Positions 48,224-59,012 of a stretch of 64,000 nucleotides of DNA are shown one piece after another. Position numbers and translations under genes: made by a program. The stretch's first letter is position 1. Every line of letters begins with the position of its first letter. Source of the DNA: an uncultured Anaerolineae bacterium (lineage in GTDB: Bacteria; Chloroflexota; Anaerolineae; CG2-30-64-16); the NCBI GenBank assembly GCA_937124585.1, contig CAKZKT010000104.1:1316-65315 (forward strand), written 5' to 3'. Below the pieces are notes generated by a model. The model saw only the letters and a program-made list of their open reading frames with translations, did no database searches and was not told the DNA's origin.

Positions 48224-49591
48224 TCACTCTGCCAGCGCCTCCTGTACGCTCTCGGTGAAAATATCCATCATCAGGTCCAGCTCGGCCTCGCTGATCACGA
48301 GCGGCGGCGCAAAGGCGATCCAATCCGGATCGAAACGCAGGATGAGGCCCTTCGCCAGCGCGCGGCGGCCCACCCGCAAGCCGAGCTTCGCATCGGCCGG
48401 GAATCGCTCCTTCGTGCGCGTGTCTCGCACGAACTCGACGCCGATCAGCAGGCCCCGGCCCCGAATTTCGCCCACGACGCCGAGCTCCTGCACCGCTTCC
48501 AGCCGATGAAGAAGCTGTCCGCCCAGCTCGCGCGCCCGGCGGGGCAGGTCGCGCTCGATGATCTCGGCAATGCTGGCCAGGCCGGCCGCGCATGAAAGCG
48601 GATTGCCGCCATACGTGTGTCCGTCGGCGAACTCGACCTGATCCTCCTCCTCGCCCCAGAACGCAGCGGCCACATGATCCCGGCAGGCGAGCGCAGCCAG
48701 CGGCGCATAGCCGCTCGTGATCCCCTTCCCCATGCAGAGGATGTCAGGCAGCGTGTCGAATGTCTGCGCGGCGAACATCTGACCGGTGCGGCCGAAGCCG
48801 GTGATGATCTCGTCGAAAATCAGGAGCACGTTGTAGCGGTCGCAGATACGGCGCAGCAGCGGCAGATACTCCGGCGGCGGCGTGACGATGCCGCCCGTGT
48901 TGCCGATCGGTTCCAGGATCAGACCGGCGACCGTCTCCGGGCCTTCGAGCTGGATGGTGTCTTCGACGATCGTGGCGCAACGAATGCCGCAGCCCGGATA
49001 GCTCAGGCCGAACGGGCAGCGGTAGCAGGTGGGCGGCCACACATGGACGAAGCCCTGCAGGGTCGGCTCGAACATCCATTTCCGCCGCACCGTGCCGGTG
49101 GCACTCAGCGCGCCGAAGGTCGCGCCGTGATAGCCCCAATAGCGCGAGATGATCTTGTACTTCTGGGGATGCCCGGTCTGGCGATGATATTGACGGGCCA
49201 TCTTCATGGCGGCCTCGGTGGCCTCAGAGCCGCTGCTCATCAGCTTGACCGTGTTCAAGTCGCCGGGCAGGATCTCGGCCAGCTTCTCGACGAGTTGGAG
49301 CGCGGGCAGGTTCGTGGCATGCAGCGGCGGCGTGAAGGCCACCTGATCCAGCTGATCGCGCATCGCCTCGATCACGCGGCGATTGTTGTGGCCAACGGTC
49401 ACGACGAAGATGCCGGACAGGCCGTCCAGATAGCGCTTGCCATGCACATCCTCGTACCACACCCCATCGGCGCGCGCGATGACCAGAGGATCGGCGACGA
49501 ACGTCTTCATCTGGCGCAGATCCAACATGATGCGAGGCAGGGCTCCTGCGCCGGGAAAAGCGAACGGCGCGGATGACGTGAATGGTTTCAT
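48224..49591 (-). CDS. Class III PLP aminotransferase
   Basis: YLDGLSG, SGSEATE, GYHGAT, ILEP, IFDEIITGFGRTG, GKG, GHTYGGNP. Confidence 0.92.
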   Translation of the reverse strand: MKPFTSSAPFAFPGAGALPRIMLDLRQMKTFVADPLVIARADGVWYEDVHGKRYLDGLSGIFVVTVGHNNRRVIEAMRDQLDQVAFTPPLHATNLPALQLVEKLAEILPGDLNTVKLMSSGSEATEAAMKMARQYHRQTGHPQKYKIISRYWGYHGATFGALSATGTVRRKWMFEPTLQGFVHVWPPTCYRCPFGLSYPGCGIRCATIVEDTIQLEGPETVAGLILEPIGNTGGIVTPPPEYLPLLRRICDRYNVLLIFDEIITGFGRTGQMFAAQTFDTLPDILCMGKGITSGYAPLAALACRDHVAAAFWGEEEDQVEFADGHTYGGNPLSCAAGLASIAEIIERDLPRRARELGGQLLHRLEAVQELGVVGEIRGRGLLIGVEFVRDTRTKERFPADAKLGLRVGRRALAKGLILRFDPDWIAFAPPLVISEAELDLMMDIFTESVQEALAE

Positions 49592-49724
49592 GAGCGTTTC
49601 CCCCACTGCAAAGCTAGATGCGGCAGTCAAAAAGAGCGCATCACGACGCCGCGTTGACGAATCGCTGTCGCTATGATATGTTTCCCCTGTCGGTCTGTCA
49701 AACCTCACGAACGGAGCGCGCCGC

Positions 49725-50900
49725 ATGGACAAACTGATCGCCGCACTGCTGAGCCAGCTCGACGCCGAGGAGATCGCCCGCCGGGCCTGTGAACTGCTCG
49801 CCATCCCCAGCCCGACGGGCGATTCGGCTGCCGTTACCGACTATTACGCCGATCGCCTGACCGAGCTGGGCCTGGAGGTGCACCGGGATGAGGAATTCGC
49901 GGGCTCGCCGAGCGTTATTGCTTATGTCAATGGCGCGCATCCCGGCCCCACCCTCGAGCTCGCCGGCCACCTCGACGTGATCCCGGTGGCCCAGGAACCG
50001 CCCTATCGCGCCGGTGATCTGCTCTACGGACGCGGCGCGTGCGACATGAAGGGGCCGATGGCGGCCGTGCTGGAGGTGACGCGGCTGCTCGCCGGCGTGC
50101 GCCAGCATATGCACGGCCGGCTGATGGTGTGTGCCTATGGGCTGCACGAGGCGCCGCTGGGCCGCGGGCAAAGCCTGTTGCGCCTCATCGCGCGCGGGAA
50201 CATCGGCGATGCAGTGATCTGTGTCGAGGGGCCAGACGACGCGCTGGCGATCACCGGCCGCGGCATGTGCACCTACGAGATCAGCATTGCCGGGCCGGGC
50301 GATCCCGTGCACGAATTGCAGGCAACGGCCGACACGCCCCATCCCCTGCTGATCGGTCTGGACGTGGCGGCCATGCTGCGGGACTGGGCCACCGAGCTCC
50401 GCGCCGGCCCGACACTGCCATATGTTGGCACCGAGTCCCTCTTCATCGGCCAGTTCGAGAGCGGCGATTTCTACAATCGCGTCCCCGGCCATTGTCGGAT
50501 CGTGGGCACGCGACGCTACGCGCCGGGCCGACGCTTCGACGAGGTGCTGGCCGAATTCGAGCAGCGGCTGGAAGCCATCCGGCGCACCACCGCTACACCC
50601 ATCCGCCTGACGCTGACCAAAACCAGAGACGGCTTCCGCACTGCCGAGGACGATCGACTCGTGCAGGCGCTACAAGCGGCATATCAAGAAACGGTCGGCG
50701 CGGCGTTGCCGCTGGCGGCGTTTGCTGCGGTCGGCGATGCCTCGTTGTTTGCCAATGAAGGCGGCCGGCCGGCGGTCTACTTCGGCTGTGGGCTGGAACG
50801 CGCCCACGCCACGCCCGAATACGTCAGCCTGGCCCGGCTGGCGCGCCAGGCGCGCGTGCTGACCGCGGCCGCAGCGCGCTACCTGGGCATCACAGCCTGA
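49725..50900 (+). CDS. M20 family metallohydrolase (ArgE/DapE-like)
   Basis: GHLDV, YGRGACDMKG, NRVP, AHATPEYV. Confidence 0.85.
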   Translation: MDKLIAALLSQLDAEEIARRACELLAIPSPTGDSAAVTDYYADRLTELGLEVHRDEEFAGSPSVIAYVNGAHPGPTLELAGHLDVIPVAQEPPYRAGDLLYGRGACDMKGPMAAVLEVTRLLAGVRQHMHGRLMVCAYGLHEAPLGRGQSLLRLIARGNIGDAVICVEGPDDALAITGRGMCTYEISIAGPGDPVHELQATADTPHPLLIGLDVAAMLRDWATELRAGPTLPYVGTESLFIGQFESGDFYNRVPGHCRIVGTRRYAPGRRFDEVLAEFEQRLEAIRRTTATPIRLTLTKTRDGFRTAEDDRLVQALQAAYQETVGAALPLAAFAAVGDASLFANEGGRPAVYFGCGLERAHATPEYVSLARLARQARVLTAAAARYLGITA

Positions 50901-51021
50901 AGCCCATCCGGCCACGAGTCACGATCTCGCAGAGCCGCCGAGCCGGCGAGGCAGAACGTCCCGGCGCCGCCGGCATTTCTCCGACACCTTTCGACGTCGC
51001 GCGTTTTCACAGGAGGAAGCG

Positions 51022-51405
51022 ATGAGCCCTATCCGCATGGCGCGCCTGGAATCGGCCAGCCGCGCCGCGCTGGCATTCCAGGAAGCCTTCAATCGCCACG
51101 ACATCGTTGCCATGACGCAGTTGATGCACAATGACTGCGTGTTCGAAACCTTCGCGCCGGCGCCGGATGGCAGCATCTGCACCGGGCGAGCCGCCATTGC
51201 CGCATACTGGCAGGACTTCTTTCGCCGCTCACCGCAAGCCCGCCTCACTGCGGAAGAGGTCTTCGGCTTTGGCGACCGTTGCCTCATGCGCTGGCGGTGT
51301 GACTGGCTGGATGGCGACGGAACGGCGAGACATCTGCGCGGCATAGATGTGATCCGGATGAGAGATGATCTGATCGGCGAGGTGCTGTCTTATGTCAAAG
51401 GATAG
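51022..51405 (+). CDS. SnoaL/NTF2-like protein
   Basis: AFNRHDI, GRAAI, RGIDV, SYVKG. Confidence 0.8.
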   Translation: MSPIRMARLESASRAALAFQEAFNRHDIVAMTQLMHNDCVFETFAPAPDGSICTGRAAIAAYWQDFFRRSPQARLTAEEVFGFGDRCLMRWRCDWLDGDGTARHLRGIDVIRMRDDLIGEVLSYVKG

Positions 51406-51434
51406 CCCCGCGCGCTGAACATCACGCGGCCAAG

Positions 51435-51462
51435 TTGACAGTCCGGCCGTCTGTGCTATACT
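51435..51462 (+). promoter_or_regulatory. Promoter of the FMN riboswitch leader
   Basis: TTGACA-N16-TATACT with extended -10 TG. Confidence 0.75.
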
Positions 51463-51477
51463 TCACGCGCTGAAAAA

Positions 51478-51632
51478 CACCTTCGGGGCAGAGTGCGTTC
51501 TGACCAGAACAATTCTCGACCGGCGGTATGGCCCACGCAGGATCGGGCCGAGCCCGCGAGCAGCGCTAAGAGCAGCGCCGCAGACCCGGTGTCAGGCCGG
51601 GGCCGACGGTACAGTCCGGATGGGAGAAGGTG
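51478..51632 (+). ncRNA. FMN riboswitch (RFN element)
   Basis: CACCTTCGGGGCAG...GACCGGCGGTA...AGCCCGCGAG...GACCCGGTG...CCGACGGTACAGTCCGGATGGGAGAAGGTG; P1 CACCTTC/GAAGGTG. Confidence 0.95.
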
Positions 51633-51689
51633 GCGCAGATAGACCGCTTTGGGCCTTCACAGGCTCAGACGCGGGCATGTGCACGCGAT

Positions 51690-51725
51690 AGCCCCAGGGT
51701 GTGTGGTCTGCCCTGGGGCTTTTTT
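51690..51725 (+). terminator. Riboswitch expression-platform terminator
   Basis: AGCCCCAGGG-loop-CCCTGGGGCTTTTTT before the first gene. Confidence 0.85.
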
Positions 51726-51749
51726 ATTGTGAAGAACGAGATCGTCGTC

Positions 51750-52562
51750 ATGAATGTACAGGTACAAAAGTTGTGGCGGTCGCCGACACACGCGATGAGC
51801 CGACGGCTGATACGGATCGAGATCGCGTTGATCCCGTTGGCGCTGGTCGTGTTTCTCTCGGCCTGGGAGCTGTTGGTGCGCTGGCAGGGCTACCCGGCGT
51901 TCATCCTGCCCAGTCCGGCCCTGGTCTGGCAGCGCTTCCTGGCGTTGCTGGCCGACGGCCGTCTGCTGATGCACACAACTGCGACGGTGACGGAGGTGTT
52001 GGGCGGCCTGGCGCTCGGCCTGACCGTGGCGCTGGTGGCCGGCTATGGCCTGGCCAAATCCCCGCTGCTCGAACGCATCCTCTCGCCGTACATCGTCGCC
52101 TCGCAGGCCGTCCCGATCGTGGCGCTGGCGCCGCTCCTGGTGATCTGGTTCGGCTTCGGCAGCCTGTCAAAAATCCTGGTTTGCGCGCTGACCGTCTTCT
52201 TCCCGGCACTGGTGACGACCATGGTGGGCATCCGCTCGGTAGATCCAGACCTGCGCGCGCTCATGCGGTCGCTGCAGGCCACGCGCTGGCAGACCTTCGC
52301 GCTGCTCGAGGCGCCGAGCGCCCTACCCGTGATGTTCGGCGGGCTGAAGGTGGCCGTCACGTTGGCCGTGATCGGCGCCGTGGTCGGCGAGTTCGTGGGC
52401 GCCGATCGCGGGCTCGGGTTCCTGATCAACCTGGCGCGCGGCATCCTGGATACGCCGATGCTTTTCGTGGCGCTTTTCACTCTGGTCGCGATCGCCCTGG
52501 CGCTCTACACGGCAGTGGTCCTGCTCGAATACGTGTTGCTCAAATGGCAGCGCCAACGCTGA
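51750..52562 (+). CDS. ribX: ABC permease (SsuC/TauC type), putative riboflavin transporter
   Basis: ILPSP, SQAVPIVALAPLLVIWFG, GAVVGEF; under the FMN riboswitch; start could be 51795. Confidence 0.8.
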   Translation: MNVQVQKLWRSPTHAMSRRLIRIEIALIPLALVVFLSAWELLVRWQGYPAFILPSPALVWQRFLALLADGRLLMHTTATVTEVLGGLALGLTVALVAGYGLAKSPLLERILSPYIVASQAVPIVALAPLLVIWFGFGSLSKILVCALTVFFPALVTTMVGIRSVDPDLRALMRSLQATRWQTFALLEAPSALPVMFGGLKVAVTLAVIGAVVGEFVGADRGLGFLINLARGILDTPMLFVALFTLVAIALALYTAVVLLEYVLLKWQRQR

Positions 52563-52658
52563 GCGACAGGGCGCGCTGTATCATACGAGATCAAATGCCC
52601 CGTCCCACAGGGAGGCTTCGCGCTGAACGGGGCTATTCTGGAAAGGAGTGACCCGACG

Positions 52659-53669
52659 ATGAAACGCACGCTCGCTCTCATGGCATTGATGGCCCTCGTG
52701 CTGGCGGCCTGTATCGCCGCGCCGGCTGCCGGCCCGGACACCGCGCCGACCGCAGCCAAAGTCGCGGCCGAGCCGGTCAAACTCACGCTGGCGATGGGCT
52801 ATATCCCCAGCGTGCAGTTCGCGCCCTTCTACGTGGCGCAGGAAAAGGGCTATTTTCGGGATGCCGGCCTGGAGGTCACCTTCCGCTACGGGTTCGAGTC
52901 CGACCTGCTGAAGCTGGTAGGCACCAACGAGCTGCCGTTCATGATCGGCAGCGGCGAGGAGGTGATCCTGGGCCGCAGTCAGGGCCTTCCGGTACGTTAT
53001 GTCATGCGTTGGTATCGCAAATTCCCCGTCGTGATCTTCGCCAAAGCCGAAAAAGGCATCCGCAGCCCGGCCGATCTGATCGGCAAAAAAGTCGGCATCC
53101 CCGGCCTGTTTGGCGCCAGCTATGTGGGCTGGGAAGCAGTAGTTTTCGCCAGCGGGCTGGATGCCAGCAAAGTGACCCTTCAGAGCATCGGCTTCACGCA
53201 GGCGACGGCCGTCAATCAAGACCAGGTAGATGCCGCCCTGGACTATGTGGTCAACGGCCCGGTGCAGCTGCGGCTAGCCGGCCAGGAGGTGACCGTCCTG
53301 GCGGTGTCGGACTACATTGACCTGCCCTCTAACGGCATCATCACCAACGACCAGGTGATACGCACCCGGCCAGAGCTGGTTCGGGCACTGGTGCAGGCCG
53401 TCCTGCGCGGCCTGTCCGACACATTGGAGCAGCCCGACGCGGCGTTCCAGGCCAGCCTGCGGGCGGTGCCGGAGGCCGGCGGCGCCAACGAGCAGGTGAG
53501 CCGGGCCATCTTCGACGAGTCGCTCAAATTATGGCGGAGCGACCCGGGGATGTTAGGCCTCTCGGATCCGGTCACATGGGAGAAGGCCGCCGCCTTCATG
53601 AAGCAGATGGGGCTGATCCAGACGGCTGTCGCGCCGGCCGATCTGTTCACGAACGAGTTCGTGCGGTAG
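52659..53669 (+). CDS. ribY: ABC substrate-binding lipoprotein (NMT1/THI5 type), putative riboflavin-binding
   Basis: Lipobox [31 protein letters not shown] riboswitch context. Confidence 0.82.
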   Translation: MKRTLALMALMALVLAACIAAPAAGPDTAPTAAKVAAEPVKLTLAMGYIPSVQFAPFYVAQEKGYFRDAGLEVTFRYGFESDLLKLVGTNELPFMIGSGEEVILGRSQGLPVRYVMRWYRKFPVVIFAKAEKGIRSPADLIGKKVGIPGLFGASYVGWEAVVFASGLDASKVTLQSIGFTQATAVNQDQVDAALDYVVNGPVQLRLAGQEVTVLAVSDYIDLPSNGIITNDQVIRTRPELVRALVQAVLRGLSDTLEQPDAAFQASLRAVPEAGGANEQVSRAIFDESLKLWRSDPGMLGLSDPVTWEKAAAFMKQMGLIQTAVAPADLFTNEFVR

Positions 53670-53674
53670 TCGCG

Positions 53675-54439
53675 ATGACTGCGTTTCTCGAAGCTATAAA
53701 CCTGCGCAAGACGTTCCTCGATCCGACGCGCTCGACCCTGCTGGCGCTCGATGGCTTGTCGCTCTTGGTGGCCGAGGGAGAGTTCCTGGCCATCGTCGGC
53801 CCGTCGGGCTGCGGCAAAAGCACCCTGCTCCGCCTGCTGGCCGGCCTGGAACGCCCCATCTCCGGCCAGGTGCGTCTGCGCGGCCAGCCGCTCACCGCGC
53901 CGCGTCGCGAGATCGGCTTCGTCTTCCAGCGCGCCAACCTGATGCCCTGGCGCACCGTCCTGGACAACATCGCCCTGCCGCTGATCGTGAGCCGCAGCGG
54001 CCAGACGCGCCAGGCGCAGGCAAAGGCGCGCGAGTGGGTGACGCTGGTGGGGCTGGAGGGCTTTGCCCATGCCTACCCGGCCCAGCTCTCCGGCGGCATG
54101 CAGCAGCGCGTGGCGCTGGCGCGCGCCCTGATCCACGAGCCCACCCTGCTGCTGCTCGATGAGCCGTTCGGCGCGCTCGACGCACTGACGCGCGAGCGAA
54201 TGAACAGCGAGCTGTTGAACATCTGGGATCGCCGGCGGGTGACGGTGGTGATGGTGACGCACAGCATCAGCGAGGCGCTCTTCCTGGCCGATCGCGTGCT
54301 GGTGATGGCCCCGCGGCCCGGCCGGGTGCGCGCGGAGTTCGCGGTGCCCCTGGCCCGGCCGCGCGACCGCGCCCTCATCACCGAGCCGGAGTTCGTGCAG
54401 CTGGTGCGCGCGGTGCGGGCCGAAATCAGCGACGTGTGA
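53675..54439 (+). CDS. ABC ATP-binding protein
   Basis: [23 protein letters not shown]. Confidence 0.95.
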   Translation: MTAFLEAINLRKTFLDPTRSTLLALDGLSLLVAEGEFLAIVGPSGCGKSTLLRLLAGLERPISGQVRLRGQPLTAPRREIGFVFQRANLMPWRTVLDNIALPLIVSRSGQTRQAQAKAREWVTLVGLEGFAHAYPAQLSGGMQQRVALARALIHEPTLLLLDEPFGALDALTRERMNSELLNIWDRRRVTVVMVTHSISEALFLADRVLVMAPRPGRVRAEFAVPLARPRDRALITEPEFVQLVRAVRAEISDV

Positions 54440-54508
54440 AGCGGGCGAGGCCAAAACGCCCACGCGTCGGGCATCTTGCAGCGAGCGCGAGACATCTGGC
54501 CGCGCGCT

Positions 54509-55621
54509 TCACAGCAGGTCGGCCAGTGTCTCGATCAGCCGTGCGATCTGCTCAGGCGTGTGCGTGGCGAAGATGGCAATGCGCAGCGCGCCGCCCGGCG
54601 GGGTGCTGCTGTAGCTGGTCACATGGGCCACGCAGATATCGCGCGCGAACAGCTCATCGCGCAGTCGCGCCAGGTCGAGGCCGGGCCGCGCGGTCAGGCA
54701 GAGGATCGGCACGGGCAGATCGGGCAGCGCCCAGCCCAGACGGCGCAATCCGGCCCGCGCCTGCGCGATGTTGGCGCGCAGCCGGCTGCGCAATTCCGTG
54801 TCTCCGGCCATGAAACGGAGCGCCCAGGCCGCGGCACCGGCTGCCGGTAGCGGCGAGGGGCTGGTGGCCACCAATGCCTTCGCCTGCCGATTGAGCCGGG
54901 CGATCAGCGCCGCGTCGCCGGCGATCACCCCGCCATGGCTGCCGAGTGCTTTGCTCAGCGTGTGCGCCGCGTAGCAACGCACACCGGCATCGGTCGTCAA
55001 TCCCCAAAACTCCAGCGTGCCCCGCCCCCGCTCGCCCAAAACGCCGGTCGCGTGCGCGTCGTCCAGGCAGAGCAGCGCGGCGTCATAGCCGGCCAGCACA
55101 TCGCGGTAGGCCGACGCCGGCGCGATCTCACCGGAGATGGGGAAGACGCCATCGCTGAGCACGAGTGGCCGCTCTCCGGGCCGGAGATGACGACGCAGCT
55201 GACCGGCCAGATCATCGGCGTCCAGGTGGCGGAAGGGATGCACCGGCATGGCCGTCGTGCGCGCGCCGTCCCAGACGCTGTAGTGGCTGGACTCGTCCAC
55301 GAAGATGCGATCGTAGTTCCCGCGCAGGCCCTGTGCCAGGACAGCATTGCCCAAGTAGGCCGTCACATAGTAGAGTGCGGCCTCGCTCTCCCAATAGGTC
55401 GCGGCCGTGGCCTCGACCTCCCGGTAGAGCGGATGCTCGCCGTAGCCGCCGCGCGAGGTTGCCGTTCCCAGGCCATAGCGCTGCAGCGCCGCAACGGCGG
55501 CATCGAGCAGGCCAGGGTGGCTCTGCAATCCCAGATAGCTGCACCCGGCAAAGTAGTCGCGCCATCGCCCGCCGATCAACGTACGCGCGCCGACCGGGCT
55601 TTCCATCGCATAATCCATCAT
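54509..55621 (-). CDS. Alpha-oxoamine synthase family PLP enzyme (BioF/Kbl/SPT-like)
   Basis: [29 protein letters not shown]. Confidence 0.85.
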   Translation of the reverse strand: MMDYAMESPVGARTLIGGRWRDYFAGCSYLGLQSHPGLLDAAVAALQRYGLGTATSRGGYGEHPLYREVEATAATYWESEAALYYVTAYLGNAVLAQGLRGNYDRIFVDESSHYSVWDGARTTAMPVHPFRHLDADDLAGQLRRHLRPGERPLVLSDGVFPISGEIAPASAYRDVLAGYDAALLCLDDAHATGVLGERGRGTLEFWGLTTDAGVRCYAAHTLSKALGSHGGVIAGDAALIARLNRQAKALVATSPSPLPAAGAAAWALRFMAGDTELRSRLRANIAQARAGLRRLGWALPDLPVPILCLTARPGLDLARLRDELFARDICVAHVTSYSSTPPGGALRIAIFATHTPEQIARLIETLADLL

Positions 55622-55635
55622 TGTGCCTGATCCGA

Positions 55636-56661
55636 TCAAACCGCCGATCCCACAAACGTGCGCGCGGCGATGAAACTATCTCGCAGATGCGCCGTCGTCT
55701 GGACATCGTCCTCGTATACGCCGTTGCGGGAACGGGACGAATGCAAGATGTGCCAGTCGCCCAGGCTGATGCCCACATGGGTGATCCTGGGCTGCCCATT
55801 CCGCTCGCCGAAGAAAAGCAGGTCGCCGGGCTGAAAAGGCGGCTCGACCGGCCGGCCGGCCGCGTACTGCATATCCGCATCGCGAGGCAGGGTCAGGCCG
55901 GCCAGACGATGCACGAGCTGAGCAAAGCCCGAGCAGTCAATGCCCAGCGCGGTGCAACCTCCCCACAGGTAAGGCGTGCCGATGAAGCGCGGGGCATCGG
56001 CGACGATTTGGCGACGCTGCGCGGCCGCGCCGACCGGCAGGGTGTTCAACGGCCGCAGGTCACGGGCAGCCGCCCAGCCCGTCTGCCCGCCGACGAGCGT
56101 CACGCGGCACCAGCCGCCCTCGGCTGCGTCCACGACAACCGCGGTCGGCGCCGGCACGCGCGTCACGAGCGCCGCATCGTCCGCGGGCCCCGCACGCAGA
56201 AAGCTCACCGCTGCGGCGACGAGGTGTGTGGCCTCGAATCTTGCCGCATCGGCCAGGTAGGGCCGATAGGCCCAGCCCAGGTAGCCGTCATCCTGGCGCA
56301 CGAAGCACCACCGTTCCTCTTCCTGCAGGATTTCCAGCCGCTGGCCGTTCAGCAGCTGGCTGAGTTGCTCGGCCAGGAAGGAAGGTTCGGCATAGAGGCC
56401 GGTCAGATTGGTCGCCACGCTCATGTGCTTCGGCTCGGGCCGGCGCAGGATGGTCACCGCGTCGGCAGTAAAAGCCAGGCCGGGGAAACGATCGGCCAGG
56501 TGGTCGAGCACGGCGGCCAGGGTCGCCGCGTCGAGCACTGCGCCCGTCAGCGCACAACGGCCCCAGTCGAGGGCAGTTGCACCCAGCCGACACACCCGCA
56601 CGCGGCGGTCTGCGTAGCTGCGGCCGATCTCGGCCAATGCGCTGCGAATATCATCCAGCAT
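55636..56661 (-). CDS. SH3b-NlpC/P60 endopeptidase (YkfC-like)
   Basis: SQLLNG...DGYLGW SH3 domains, GTPYLWGG, GIDCSG, RDADMQ, HVGI; no signal peptide. Confidence 0.9.
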   Translation of the reverse strand: MLDDIRSALAEIGRSYADRRVRVCRLGATALDWGRCALTGAVLDAATLAAVLDHLADRFPGLAFTADAVTILRRPEPKHMSVATNLTGLYAEPSFLAEQLSQLLNGQRLEILQEEERWCFVRQDDGYLGWAYRPYLADAARFEATHLVAAAVSFLRAGPADDAALVTRVPAPTAVVVDAAEGGWCRVTLVGGQTGWAAARDLRPLNTLPVGAAAQRRQIVADAPRFIGTPYLWGGCTALGIDCSGFAQLVHRLAGLTLPRDADMQYAAGRPVEPPFQPGDLLFFGERNGQPRITHVGISLGDWHILHSSRSRNGVYEDDVQTTAHLRDSFIAARTFVGSAV

Positions 56662-56684
56662 CAGAAAATGCTCCTCTTATCGGA

Positions 56685-57770
56685 TCATCCCAGGACTTCA
56701 GCGTAAACGCGCGCCATGTTGCGCCAGCAGACCTTCTCCACCTGCGTCGGGGTGAGCCCGGCCGCCGACAGCAGCTCGGCGATAGCGGGATAGCTCTCCG
56801 CGCCGGTGAGACCCGCCGGCATGGTCAGGATGCCGTCCAGGTCGCCGCCCAGGCCGATGCAATCTTCACCGCCCACCGCGATGGCATGGAGGACATGCCG
56901 CGCGATCCAGGTGGCCGGTGGCAACGGCAAATTGCGTAGTTTCTGGCGGGTCTCCTCGTAGATGCGCTTCTTCTCGGCCGGATCAGACGCCTGGCCGGCG
57001 GCAGCATAGGCCGGTTTGGCGATGGCATCCCACAGCGCCAGATAATCCGGCGCCAGGAAATCGGCCGACAGGTTGATGCCCATCACCCCGCCCCGATCTG
57101 CCAGCGCCCGAATCTGGGCATCGGTCAGGTTGCGCGGGCTGGGGCACAACGCGCGGCAATTGGAATGGCTGGCAACGAAAGGCCGCCTGGTGATCTGGCA
57201 GATCTGGTCGAAAGCGGCGTCCGAGGCGTGCGACACGTCTACCATCACGCGCAGCGCCTCGGCCAGTTCGACCAGCCTGATCCCCTCGGCTGTCAGCGGG
57301 CCGCCATCGCCCATGCTGGTGCCCGCGAATTCATTGTCGCTCCAGGCGGGGATCAGGTTGCGCACGCCCAGCCGGTGAAAATGGCGCAGGTTCTCGGCCT
57401 GGCCCTCCAACGGATCGGCGCCTTCGAGGCCGAGCAGAGCGCAGAGCCGGCCATCGGCCGCGCCGGCATCCTGCACATCCTGGCCCGTGAGGCCCAGCCA
57501 CATCCGGCCGGCCGCCGCCTCGATCCAGCCTCTGATCACGGCGATGATCTCTTCGGCGAAGGACTGCAGGCTGCGATCGGGATAGCGGCTGCGCGGAGCG
57601 AAGACGGCGAACACTTGCACGCGATGTCCGGCCGCCAGCAGGCGTGGCAGGTCTGTATGGCTGCGACCGCGGCCGGCCACAAAATCGAACTCGCCATCGA
57701 ACGCCCGCATGACAGTGTCGCAGTGGACGTCGAAAAACTTCGGTTTGAGAACAGAAGGATTCATCATCAT
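56685..57770 (-). CDS. M19 membrane-dipeptidase family
   Basis: DVHCD, GLEGA, VDVSH, ASHSN, RNLTD, GGDLDG. Confidence 0.9.
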   Translation of the reverse strand: MMMNPSVLKPKFFDVHCDTVMRAFDGEFDFVAGRGRSHTDLPRLLAAGHRVQVFAVFAPRSRYPDRSLQSFAEEIIAVIRGWIEAAAGRMWLGLTGQDVQDAGAADGRLCALLGLEGADPLEGQAENLRHFHRLGVRNLIPAWSDNEFAGTSMGDGGPLTAEGIRLVELAEALRVMVDVSHASDAAFDQICQITRRPFVASHSNCRALCPSPRNLTDAQIRALADRGGVMGINLSADFLAPDYLALWDAIAKPAYAAAGQASDPAEKKRIYEETRQKLRNLPLPPATWIARHVLHAIAVGGEDCIGLGGDLDGILTMPAGLTGAESYPAIAELLSAAGLTPTQVEKVCWRNMARVYAEVLG

Positions 57771-57810
57771 GGGAAGACGCACCAGGTCTTTTATGTCAAA
57801 ATGAGCGCGT

Positions 57811-58845
57811 TCAGGCGCCGTCGCTGCGCGGCAGCGCGCCGATGCCCGGTCGGGCCGGCACGTGGACGCGGCCGGCGCCCTCATACTGCACGCCGACAAA
57901 CGGATCGTCGGCGATCAGCAGCGGCGCGTCCAGGTCGAGCCAGTCGGCCAGGCCGGCAAGATGCGCCATGGCGGTCACGCCGAGGGAGGTCTCGATCATG
58001 CAGCCGAGCAGCACGCGAAGGCCGAGCTGCCGCGCCCGGCGAAGCATAGCCACGCCCGGCCCCAGTCCGCCGACCTTTTGGAGCTTGAGGTTGATGCCGG
58101 CCACACCGGCCGCGGCCAACGCCTCTACATCGGCCGGCGTCTGCACCGATTCATCGGCGATCACCGGCAGATGGGTGCGGGCCTGGACCCGGCCCATGCC
58201 TACGATGTCGTGTCGGCCGACCGGCTGCTCGATCATTTCCAGGTCGTAGCGTTCGAGCTGCGCGATGCGCGCTACGGCCTCCTCGGCCGACCAGCCGGCA
58301 TTGGCATCCACGCGCAGAACGGCGTCGGGGCGGGCCGCGCGCACGGCGGCCAGGCGGGCCGCGTCATCGTCGGAGCCGAGCTTGATCTTGAGGATCGGGA
58401 AACGGGCTGCTTCGCGGGCCAGCCGCGCCATCTCCTCCGGCTCGGCGATGGCGATGGTGAAAGAGGTGGACAGAGGGGCCGGCGGCGGCAAACTCAGCAA
58501 TGCGTGGAGCGGCACCCCGGCCGCACGGGCCAGGCGGTCGTGCAGGGCCAGGTCGAGGGCGCAACGAGCCGGCGCCGGGCCTTCTTCGCCAACCCAGGCG
58601 GCGATCCCCTCCACGGTCTCGGGAAACGGCTCCAACCGCCGGGCAGCCGCTTCCCAAACCGCGATCATGGCCGTGTCGGGCACGCCGTAGTAGGGCGGGA
58701 TGGCGGCCTCGCCCCAGCCGGAATCGTCGGCCAGGCGCACCCAAAAGGAAGTTCTCGTCTCGCTGACGCCGTAGGAGAGGCGAAAAGGATTGCGCAGATG
58801 CAGTGTGTGACGTTGCCAGCACAGGCGCGGCAGAGTTTCGGACAT
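57811..58845 (-). CDS. L-Ala-D/L-Glu dipeptide epimerase (enolase superfamily, YkfB/YcjG-like)
   Basis: GWGE, KIKLG, VDANAGW, IEQP, ADES, NLKLQKVGG, GCMIE, DLD. Confidence 0.9.
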   Translation of the reverse strand: MSETLPRLCWQRHTLHLRNPFRLSYGVSETRTSFWVRLADDSGWGEAAIPPYYGVPDTAMIAVWEAAARRLEPFPETVEGIAAWVGEEGPAPARCALDLALHDRLARAAGVPLHALLSLPPPAPLSTSFTIAIAEPEEMARLAREAARFPILKIKLGSDDDAARLAAVRAARPDAVLRVDANAGWSAEEAVARIAQLERYDLEMIEQPVGRHDIVGMGRVQARTHLPVIADESVQTPADVEALAAAGVAGINLKLQKVGGLGPGVAMLRRARQLGLRVLLGCMIETSLGVTAMAHLAGLADWLDLDAPLLIADDPFVGVQYEGAGRVHVPARPGIGALPRSDGA

Positions 58846-58902
58846 AACGCTCCGTTCGGATGTCAAGATAGCGGCGAGGTCAGGGTCGCCGAACGCCCTT
58901 CA

Positions 58903-58931
58903 AGGATACCACAGGGAGGCGCCTCCGACAA
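58903..58931 (-). promoter_or_regulatory. Candidate promoter of the epimerase operon
   Basis: TTGTCG-N17-TATCCT with extended -10 TG. Confidence 0.5.
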
Positions 58932-59012
58932 AAGAAGCCTGCGCCATTGGGAAAGATCGGGCAACCTGGTGTAAAATTAGGCCCGATCCCGACAGAAAGG
59001 AAACGTCCGACC

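Noticed and set aside
51750..54439. Riboflavin ABC transporter as a novel system
   Set aside because: FMN-riboswitch-controlled RibXY-type transporters are already described in Chloroflexota
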